Shown: positions 10,265-20,710 of the stretch, one piece after another
How the letters are laid out: each line of letters begins with the position of its first letter
Numbering within the stretch: position 1 is the first letter of the stretch
NCBI GenBank assembly: GCA_013115145.1
Contig: JAAPAO010000206.1
Location: 1-52,672, forward strand
Length of the DNA stretch: 52,672 nucleotides
Source: Perkinsus chesapeaki ATCC PRA-425
Taxonomy: Eukaryota > Protista > Perkinsozoa
Direction of reading: 5' to 3'
Translations under genes and position numbers: made by a program
Notes under the pieces: generated by a model
The model's database searches: none
The model's input: the letters and a program-made list of their open reading frames with translations, nothing else
What the model was told of the DNA's origin: nothing

Positions 10265-12744
10265 TTGACATGTGCCGGGATCGAACCAGTGTGCCATGTC
10301 TTCTGTCAGGTGCTCCCTCGCTTGTGTAAAGAAGAGTATAAAGTATCCTCCAATACCGGGATTGATGTCACCGTTACTATCAGAACACTTTGTCTGTCAT
10401 CGCACGTTTGCCCTGATAAGGCATCTCGGAAAGTTGCTGGTGGTAAAGGTCCGGAGAGCCAAAAGCTTTACCGTTTTGAAAGTCGGCCGTGCATTTTGAT
10501 GCTGCACGATTTGGGGGAAGGAAGAGCGAGTTGGCTGCAGTGGATGAGATTGGCGGTTGATATTTTCAAGGATGGTATCTTTGATATTATCATGTGCGAG
10601 GTCGACCTCTGGCGAAAAGATCCTTCGCCTTGGTTTGCTCACTTTCCTGTGATTTTGCCGGAAATTTTGGGGCATTTGGAAATCGATAAGATACACGTTT
10701 TGGCGGACGGGTTTGGGAGTGGCTGTTTTATAAGGTGTTTGACGGAGTGGCGTATCCGAAACGACCAGACCGCACTGCGAAGATTTTCGGGAACGACGCA
10801 TCTTTTGCATAATTGTGATTATGCTCCAGCAGTTCATCTAGAGGAGGGAAAACTGAGCGAAATTTTGAGGCGCGCGGTCGAGGAGAGTCGAATGCAGTTG
10901 TGGCTCACCTGGCAAGATTCGGTTATTCCATCAAAAGTTACGAGAACTCGCAAAAGTGTCCGAAATCGGATGACGCTATTACATGGAGCGTTCGAGGAGC
11001 TTGCCAAGGAGCTGCAAGCTCAAAGGCGAATTCTGGGGATGGATTTCGATCTGATAATTTCGAGCGAGTTGCCCTACTCGGTGATGAGCACGGAATTGGT
11101 GGGAAGCTCGGCGAAGAATATTGCGAAAACGAATTTAGTGAATTTGATTGCGAATGAGGATTTCACGGATTCGGTGAAGACATATTTTGGCGAAGGAGAA
11201 AAGTGCGGGTTGAGGTTGATAAGGGAGTGTTTTAAGGAGGATCTGTTTATAGATTTGGATATCTTTGGAGCACTGAATAGGATTATTAACGAGGTAATAG
11301 AGGGAATCTTAGCTTGAAGCGTGCATGGTTTTGTTGAAGTTGATAAGCGTTCCAATGTTTCATATTAGTGCGGCTCGAAGGCGAAGTGATGAGACGCTTT
11401 AACTGAACTAGGAGCGCATTGTAAATTATCATACTTCCTACTGCGCTGTATTTATCATTTATATAACGTATTGAATGTTCTATAACAATTACATTTATAC
11501 TTGTAATATATAGTGTAGTTTTATAAAATATTACACTATAATAGCACTTGTACGCTTCTATTATAAATGGTATCATACTGACTGATTAGTATTAATAGAA
11601 GGAGTAAGTTGTATATCTCACGAATATATTGTAATGATAAGTATCATCTGGAAACATGTTAATTTTCAGGTACCCGAAGGAGGAGCGGTATTACCAGCTT
11701 TGATGACTGAAGAAGAACGAAGGAAAAGGTAATAGGGAGGCATCTGCTGGCAGACTCACAGAAATGTGTGCTTAATGCGGAGATGCAATCTCGTTGGAGT
11801 TCTTTGTGGGAAGGTTTCCTCCGAAGGAAGAGTCAGTAGCACTGGTGTTGGAAAATGAAGCGAAGGAGGCAGCTGCGATGATGAGGAAAAGTGAAATCGA
11901 TCAGGTGATCGATTAGGATTATAGCTATTGTTTTAGTGGCGAAAAACAAGGCTGTCGAGCTAGCATTGAGTGGTTTAAGTGAGGATTATGAGGGAGAGCG
12001 GTCATTAATAAAGAAGGTTATAATGAGATGGGGATGGGCCATGTGGATTTGACGGAAATTTGGTATCAATTATGAGAAATGTGAATAGTGATGTAAAAGA
12101 TTATAAATACCTTTGGTAATCTATTGAGCTGCGAATTAATGGATCAAAGAAGAGCGTCTATTTTATATTGTAATTGATAGACTATTTCGTTGGGTAAAAT
12201 AATAAGGGATTCAGTAAACATTCATATTTAGTGTGATTATTCAGTTCCGTGATCATTATTGTTATGTGGGCATGGTAGGAGCATGTGAGATATTTGTGAT
12301 AAATTACTTACTTTACCATACTCTCTCAATAGCGCATTTACGCTAGGTTATGGATACCGTATTATTCCAATAGGGCAGGCAACTATAGATTCTGTATATC
12401 TTATAAGCCATTATAGTGGGAAAATTAGCCCATATTGAAATTAGGGTTTGTCGTAGAAATTACTGGGTGATTAGTGAGGTAATTTTTATTAGGTGCTGGC
12501 GGACTCTATTGAGACTGCCGATCATGAAGAAAGGATAAGGCTGAGGAGGGCAACTACGAAGAGTTTGATGGATGATAAGATTGATAGTATACGGTAATAG
12601 GGTAAAAGGGGAAGGTGGAGCTAAATAAAAATATCATATTGTCATCTTACTCATCACCTACATTATAAATTAAGGAAGTATTTGGGCAAACGTAGAATTG
12701 GTGAGTTTCAAAGCACTTCAGCAAGGACTTCCTTTGGACTGTAG
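10265..12744 (+). CDS. Alpha/beta-hydrolase-fold-like protein lacking a canonical nucleophile, with further C-terminal exons
   Basis: 350-aa ORF with PCILMLHDLGEGRASW and IHVLADGFGSG (hydrolase-like strands, no GxSxG). Downstream exons splice in frame (LISVPMFH..., VPEGGAVLPALMTEEERRK, MAKNKAVELAL..., RKYLGKRRIGEFQSTSARTSFGL*). Confidence 0.55.
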
Positions 12745-13403
12745 ACTTTACTACTTGTATATATTGCAAACTTGATCGGTGTGTCACGGCTTGTCCGCCT
12801 CCCTCACTCACCATTGTTTGGGTAAGCCGTGACTTCCGAGTATAGTTTTGCAGCGCATAACCTGTAGCTTTTAATGATTGGTATTTTATTCAGAATAGAC
12901 CACGTTATTTAAGACGTCGGCATTCGATAGTGTTATCTACATTGTGAATATCCGACAAGGCACTTTTCAAGTATATCATTTATGATCTGTTAATGTTCAG
13001 ATTGAATAGAGGGATTGAAAAGAGTATCGCAGACAGATAACCGACTTCTGGCCTTCTGGAAATTGAATTCTAACTCATCACGATTTCAACATGCTGTTGT
13101 TGTTGTATTAAGTGGTGTTGAGTTTGATGGGGCTGGACAAATAGGGATGGTCTCAGCTATGAAGGATATTCTATTTGGATTCCTCCACGTCTGTTTAGGA
13201 GGGTGTTTTTATTATTCTTTTAGATCCAATTTTTAATATATTTGCGGGTTGTGATGGGTACTGATAGGCGATGCGAAGTAGTAATAACCTTTATATTGTT
13301 ATAATAGCAATCACATAACATCAGTGTAATTATTGTTATTATTATATGAATACTACTAACAACACTCGCTCGCCTCTCCATTTCATAGCCTATGAATGAA
13401 AAT

Positions 13404-13457
13404 AGCAGCTGAAGCCCTATGAATCATAGGGCTTCAGCTGCTGCTGCTGCTGCTGCT
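13404..13457. repeat. Perfect palindrome (19-bp arms, 1-nt centre) running into a CTG tract
   Basis: AGCAGCTGAAGCCCTATGA-A-TCATAGGGCTTCAGCTGCT followed by further GCT repeats; about 130 bp upstream of the ATG at 13573. Confidence 0.95.
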
Positions 13458-13572
13458 CAGCCTCGATCATTATACAGCTATACTCCTGTGTTGGCTACTC
13501 TCTGATGCCCGGTGAAAGGAGAAGTGCTGCCCGAGAAAAAATACTAATTTTATTCAGTATTATTACATTTGT

Positions 13573-16500
13573 ATGGCAGAAGCAACATCATCATCACAGC
13601 AGGCGGCGACGGCCTCTAGCAGCGCCGGTAAATGGATATGTTTCGGCTTAGATGAATTGAAGAAGTTCCAAAGCTTGCCCAATTGCACTGAGAAACCGAA
13701 AGACTTTCCTGTCATTATTGATAAGGATAATGAGGAATCACCTTTATTGGGGGGTAATAAGAATGGGAGTTGGAGGAAATGTGGTATTAAAAGGGCGCAT
13801 GAATTTGCTGAAGTGAAAGTTGCAATGACCTTGTCGGTTTCGTTGTTATGATAGTAAAAAGAGGAAAGATCGGTAATTGTACTTCTGAAAATGACTGACT
13901 CGCTCGAGTTTGTCGTAGAACTTCAAGCCCTATGAAACATAGACCGACACTGCAGTGTGTTCGTATACAGCAGGAACGGAGCTTAATGACGGTAAATCTG
14001 ATGAAGTATATTCACGGTGATATCTATTAGTATTGTAGTGTGGAGAACTTGAACTTGGTTTGATGGGAAATATCCCTATTGAAAATAGAAGCACTCATTT
14101 TTGGTAACAGCATTCTTAGGTTGGATATCTTTTCTGGATAGGGGGACAGCAATTGTGTTGCAATAGGTTACCGCGGAGATCAGCGTCGAGGCCAAGGAGG
14201 AGGGGGGCGTCCAAGGGTGACAAGCGCAACGGCATCTGGGTGGACAGGGTAGGCGAAATCGATCAGCTGATCGATTATGGTTAGCTAATATTATTCAGGG
14301 ATTATCATGATCGTTCTGGTGCGAAGGAGGTTGGAAAACCGGGCCAATGGAGGTATGTGGGGGACAGAATTGTGTCAAGGAATATGATACGATGGGAGAT
14401 GATAGGTTGTAGCAATAAACAGGTCTGACTATGCTGAAAACTCAACAACCTAGAAGTGTAATGCTCCTAATCGCTGGATTGATGAATTATAATGTTGTCG
14501 GCCTGTCCGCCATATAGTTGATGTTATGAGGTTTGGCAGGTGACGGTCGAAATTGCGTTGTTGGTTAGCTTCTGGTGAAGTGTTATTGTTTTTGTTTATT
14601 ATATCTTTGATGATGTATTTGGAACCAGCTTCGCCTCTCGGGTTATCAACAACCTTTATTTGAGCAGCAAGCAAATTCTGCACAGTGATTTATTTACGCA
14701 ACGATTATTGGAATCATCTTAATGTACGAAATGAATGTGATGTCTCAGGGATGGTGAAGAGGATCGAGCAGGGGATAAGCATCATCACCAAAGGGGAGCT
14801 AGAAGGTGGTATCTTTAATTCTATATAGTGCGGTATTAGGGGTTATCAGAGATGATGATCGTGGTCGATACTCATCTGGTGGTGGGCCTTCTTATAAGGG
14901 CGGTGGTGGCGGCCCTCGGAAAGGTGCATCCCAGGGGTAGGGTAGATGGTGATGGGTGTTAGATCGAATAGGGGTACTGTTAATAATAATTAAACTGCAC
15001 GCTAGAATGAAGCGTCATAATTTTCAGTTAAATTCATAGCTGTTGTTCATATTATATGTTGAGCAATATTAGTATTTATAGATGAGCATCGGTATGGGGT
15101 ACGGTTCCAGGAAAGTGCTCATGGTTATTAGTGATGGAGAATAAGGGTGCAGCAGCAAAGCTATGTAGAGACAATGAAATGTTTGTCAATTTCTCATCTT
15201 CGATATATACCAAGTCAGAGCGATCTTGCCGGTCCTCAGAGTATAGACGTGGTAGAAGAAAAGGGAATTATTTGGTGGAACTATTGGTTTTTAGGATTTT
15301 AGAAACTATTTACAATTATTGGTTTGATTTAATTAGAATCGAAGTGCATTCGTGTTGATCCACCTCAGTTTGATCTGATAGCTTCAACGGAGCTATCGGA
15401 TCAAACTGAGGTGGATCAATGATAGCGTCATCGCATGGTTCATAATAGTTAAACCAGTGCAATAATTATTTGGTCTTCTCTTAGAGATGGCACGTCACCA
15501 AGTAGCCCCCCTCCGGGTCGCGGTGGTGGTGGTAGGAAGGGGCCTTTGCCTACTGTGGGCGGGGGAGGCTTAGATCAATTTACTTTGGGTGATATCAGGA
15601 AGGCAGAAAAGACACTGGAAAAGGTGAGAGCAGTTTCATTTTGTTAGTTGCCCAGGCAGATGGGAAGTCGCTTTGTAAAATATTGTACAGCTCTATCCGA
15701 TAAAAACAATGTGAAAATTTTCGAAATTTTCTATATTATTGGCCATGGTTCGACTGCTAAGTTTGAGAAAAACCTTATTATTGTAATTTATGTGTATTTC
15801 GATGTCAGTCTCATATGAGTCTTGGACAGTATGCTAGGAAAGTGGCCCAAGGCGAGATTGCTAAGACATCTGATGAAGACGAGAAGTAAGTTATCTAGCA
15901 TCATGCATGCATCAAGCTGAGATTCCCTTTTAGTAATTTCCTCGCTGATGATGACGGTTTCTTTGCGAGTGAGTTGCCGGGTGGTGAGAATGACGGTGGA
16001 AGAATGTCGAAGTGGTTGAAGCCGACCGAAGGGAATGCAGGGCCACCAATAGTAAGTTGGTGCTCCGGAGGGAACTGAGGGGGAAGTAGTAGCTGAAATA
16101 TTTCACACAAGTGCTGCTGCTTGAAGGAAATTATGATTAAGAATTCCGTGGAAACTACTCCTTTTTTGCCGCTGGTGTGTATGAGTTTATAGTCCAACGC
16201 CGAAAATGGCTTAGTTGGACTATATATTCCATGGGCAACTGCTGCTGACGGGAGAGTTTAATACGCATACTGATTTTCCACTGTATGTTGCCTGTGTGGC
16301 CGCTGGTACGACTTATGTGTGAAGCTCGTTCGTTTCGTAATAAACGTCTATTATTTATTTCTGGAGTAGTAATACTTCAATAATTATTTTTCTTTCCTTT
16401 ATAATATTATTCTCCGAATTAATTATTTTCTGTAATATACTTTATTTTCCTTTATTAGCCTTCATACCTTCCCTTTATTCTGTAATATACTTTATGTTCC

Positions 16501-18990
16501 TTTATTAGCCTTCATACCCTCCCTTTATTCTGTAATATACTTTATGTTCCTTTATTAGCCCCAACCCCATTTACCAGCCGGAGCCAAGACCCTGGAGGAG
16601 TTGGAATCATCTCAAAAACAGAAGCAACGGAACGCTGCTGCGGAGTCTGCGAGATTGCAGCAACAACAACGACATCAAGGCTCCACACCTGTGAGTCGGC
16701 AATTTCGTGGCGCGTGAAAGTAAATTCACATCGAATAGAGGATTATTAATTGCAAAGAAACCAAATGATGAAAAGGAGTTTATTGAAGTTGAAAAATATT
16801 GCTGTGACACTCGGAGCATCACTATTTCTTTGACAGAAATTCTATCGGACAATTTCCTGAGACGGCGAAATATATCGTGAAGCTGGCGATGGCAGTTTAC
16901 AGAATATTATGGATGTTTCAGGGCAGCAACCAAGCCGGATTGCAGTTGTTATCGATGTTGCACTCTAAGGGAGCTGGACAGCAAACCAGGGCTAGTCAGC
17001 CGCCTCCACCTCCTCCTGTTGGGGTGAGGCCACCTCCACCACCACCGATACAATCATCGCAATATATGCATCCATCAGCTCCACAAGTTGGGCAGGTGAG
17101 AAGTGAAGGGAAGTAGTTGTGAAGATGGATTCAGTGCAGAGAGGCATTAGCCTAATACTAGAACTGGCAGAATTGGCGTCTTTGTTGTAGAGATATTAGT
17201 TTGCTACCAATCGATTATATGCAAAAATATTTGATAAAGATTAATAATATTGAATAGTATTTTCCAATGTAGATCACTTGTACATGTTTGCCGTATAATA
17301 AATTGAAGTCTGCTACATCCCATACAGGTATAGTTGTTCATCTCTGTCGTGTCTCAGGGCCAGGCACAACAGAGTAGGTTTACTCCTCAACAAGTAGCTG
17401 AAATGCTTCAACAAGGAAGGCATCAACAGCAGGTGCAGGAGGCCGCAGCCCAGAGAGCTCGACAACAGCAGGCCGATGCGAGACAACAGCAAATTGAAAG
17501 CTTGCTGAGATTACAGCAAGAACTAGCAAAGGTGAGCAAATCAGCTCAGAACTTTTCGAGAGTGGATTTTTTTGGCCGCCGAGCTTTTGATAAAGTCGGA
17601 TGGTTTTTAGTTTAATCACTTTATTTTAACTCTATAAACATTTTTTCTCAGATATAATATTTTTCCTATCAATCTGTTCTATATTTTTGTCATAAAATTC
17701 CTATGATTTTTCTCAACAGCTTCTTATTAAAGGCTGGCCAACACCTTAAAGAACCTCCAAGTTTATCTTCATAATATCCTTTTCTGTGTTGTTTCGAAGA
17801 CAATAATGCATCGCCGAGAATCCTAGTAGATTTAGCTTTTACCCGAAAATATCAATTTTTGATATTTTTTATTAACATCACAGAACTTGGTCCTTCTTTG
17901 TCAGGCAAGAGCTCGCCAACAGCAGACTGGTCAACAACCCCCAGTCACTCCTCAAATGAGAGCTTTACTGGAGCAACTCCAGAGACGGCAGGTTGGTGGG
18001 CAGAAGACGCAATGCATAGATATGACCTTATTCACTGAATGAGAATAGCCTGGCTTAAAGGAAGGAGGCAATGGGATTTTCGGAAGTGGTTCATAGCAGG
18101 TCGAAGCGTGCAAGTTGGATGGACTAAAGATACGCTAGAGGAAATGTTGTTATGAAACCTTGGTACAGCCGTTGAGTTTCTACTAGGCATTCTCTAGATT
18201 TGCTTTTGAAATGTCCTGTCGTATAGTAAGTTTTCCGTCGGGGATAACAACGTGGGATTGTGGCTTTTTGGTCGTCGCTTGCATTGGTCGGGAAATGCGC
18301 AAGCGCGTCTCAGCGCCACTGTACAGTGAAAACCGTATGTGTTCAGACTGCTCGGCGATAAAAAATGCGCATTGACCAAGTTAACGGTTTCATTACACTT
18401 TTTCGGTAATTTCAGGCTCAGCGTCAGCAACAGCAACAGCAGCAACAACAACATCAGCAACAACAGCAAATGTTGGCTGCTGCGATAGCTCAACAAAGAG
18501 CGGCTCAAGAACAACAGCAAGCCAGCTCCGGTGGATATCCTCCTCATCACCAACAACAGCAGACTCAACAACAGTAAGGCAATTTTATAGGGGACAGAGA
18601 CTTACACGTACTTTGTCATAAATATGATAACAAAAAAATTATCAAGTCGATTAAACGTTGAGTAAAACTTTTTATCTTCCCCAAAAAAATTTGTCTGATA
18701 ATTCGCCCGACAGTAATGGTAATTTATGGATTTATTATACAAGTTGAATTTTCCCCTTATTTAGGATTGATCCCGTTTTGTTGGCCCGTCTACAGCAGCA
18801 ACAAGCCCAGCTGAGAATGCAACAGCAGCAACAGCAACAACAGCAGTGGGCAGCCGCTCAGGTAAGAGTGCATGCGAGTAGCGCTCGCCCGATCGATCGA
18901 TTTGGTTATTGACTTTAGCAAAATCCGGCAAGCTATGGTGGTTCGCAGCAGAATCAGCAGTCGGAGTCAGAGCAGTGCAATCAGCAGTAG
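13573..18990 (+). CDS. Long low-complexity RG/P/Q-rich protein, eIF4E-transporter-like candidate, multi-exon
   Basis: N-terminal ICFGLDELKKFQSLPNCTEKP resembles a YxxxxL-phi-type eIF4E-binding helix. It also has RG/GG-rich exons, GRMSKWL, GAKTLEELE, AGLQLLSML, poly-P, poly-Q exons, and ends SEQCNQQ*. Confidence 0.6.
15355..15419. repeat. Intronic inverted repeat, 29-bp arms (1 mismatch), 7-nt loop
   Basis: TTGATCCACCTCAGTTTGATCTGATAGCT-TCAACGG-AGCTATCGGATCAAACTGAGGTGGATCAA. Confidence 0.95.
16428..16560. repeat. 50-bp tandem repeat, about 2.7 copies, at an intron 3' end
   Basis: Unit TTCTGTAATATACTTTATKTTCCTTTATTAGCCTTCATACCYTCCCTTTA starting at 16428, 16478 and 16528. Confidence 0.9.
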
Positions 18991-19149
18991 AGGGTATGTT
19001 TTCCAATTGTCGAGTCTGGTGGGAGATGTTGATTTTCCTGTGTGCTATGTGGGTTGAGTAGTTAATTTGAGCTAGTGGTGAAACTGTTGGTAAAAGAAAA
19101 GAATTTGGTAACGTGGAGGCATCCTGATAAGAGGGCTTCGGACATCCTC

Positions 19150-19990
19150 TGACTCGTACGAAAGAAATGACATGTTCGCGAATATGAAGCTGGAAATTTC
19201 AAAGTGAAATATTATAAGATAGTAGAAGTGAGTTCGGAAGGAGTGATTTTACAGGTAAAATAATATAATAAATATATAAACTGATGTTTATATTAATTTA
19301 TGGCTCATTATTATATATTGAGAATTTTAATTGATTAATATACAAATATTAATATTATAGATGGAATCAGAAGTTTCCCTAATTGTTAGAATCGTGTGGT
19401 AGATAAGCATGCTACCATGTGGTGATGACAACAACGGATGTGTTGTATTTCCTCGTTTGCACTCTGACAGTCTAAGCCGCCACTTCACCATATATGAGAT
19501 TAATAATGTTACAGACTCTCCCAATCATCATTCATGGTTCGGAGCCCGAAATTGAAGCTGAAGTTGATTGTTGTTGTTAATGTCAAATGATAGCGGAGAG
19601 AGGCCACATATCGGTTGGGAGATAGAGAAGATGACAGAGTCGGTAGATAGCACTCATCACAACATTCAAGATCTTAAAACTAAGATAACGGCTGTTGTGG
19701 GCCGATTGAACCAAATCAAGTTGGCAGTGTCATTGGCGTTGCCAGCGGCAAGTAAGCCACGTATGGGAAAGGCAAGCTGGGAAATGAACCGAGAAAATGC
19801 TGCGCCGCCTGGAGTGATCGCAACTCGGCGAATTTCCTCGTCGATGGCAGATGACGGCATTGCGCCGAAATCAGGCACGCGGACAGGAGGGTTCAAACGG
19901 ATGGATGCGGAAGTGACGAGGAGAAGATTGGAGCAATTGAGGAAGGAGATAGCGGATTATAAATCACATGTGGGAGGGGTGGTATGTTAA
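19150..19990 (+). CDS. Hypothetical protein with coiled-coil-like segments; 5' exons uncertain
   Basis: Terminal exon in ORF 19568-19990 (HNIQDLKTKITAVVGRLNQIK; RRRLEQLRKEIADYK), with upstream short GT-AG exons. Confidence 0.4.
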
Positions 19991-20128
19991 GAAGTTGAGG
20001 TTAGGCGAGGGTTCGGAATGAAGGGAAATAGCATTGATGGTATGGGGAAATAAAATAAATAATAAAGGAGAAAGATACATGGTTTTGATAATAATATGGT
20101 TATAGGACTCTACAGTGGAAATTTCAGC

Positions 20129-20535
20129 TCAAAACTCGGCGTAGTTGATAAGGACATCTCGCACTGAATAGCTCCGACCTCTCCAGATTGCGCGAACTGT
20201 ACAAGAACTGAATTTATATGGACATTTATAATGTGAATGTGTTATATAAGGAAAAAACAAAAAATTACACAGAAACCTAGTTTGAGATCGTAGAGCTTCT
20301 AAATTGGTATGAAGTTAACAGAGGTATCCAGGCTACTAGCCATAAAATACTGGAACAATACGAATGCCTCCACGGAGCGTTGTTGGTAGGTATATGAGAT
20401 GGCGGAGACTGCCGAGACTAGAAAAGGAGGGTTGAGAGGGACTATACGGAAAAAAGGGGCAGTTGATGATAAGAGCAAATCACTGTGAGTCGAAGTTGTC
20501 GGGTTGTCACAGTTGGCGCAATGTGAAGGACACAT
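20129..20535 (-). CDS. Possible small multi-exon protein, divergent from the globin gene
   Basis: Manual splicing gives MCPSHCANCDNPTTSTH...VSAVSAISYTYQQRSVEAF|KLYDLKL|VRAIWRGRSYSVRDVLINYAEF*. No homology recognised. Confidence 0.3.
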
Positions 20536-20710
20536 GCGGAATGTTTACTAGTTGATACTAGGTTACTAGGTTGTCAACATTAATCTGGAATCGCGTATAG
20601 AAATCCGACTAGAATAATATTATATCGTTTCGATTTTCTATGGCTTGAATTCAAGACTGAATTTTCTGTACCTTTCCTTTGCCGAATGAGATCCAAATTT
20701 CCACGATCAA

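Noticed and set aside
12783-12833. 10-bp inverted repeat with a 31-nt loop
   Set aside because: About 2-3 such pairs are expected by chance in 52 kb.
18194-19006. Minus-strand poly-Leu and Ala/Val-rich ORFs
   Set aside because: Antisense shadows of the poly-Gln exons.
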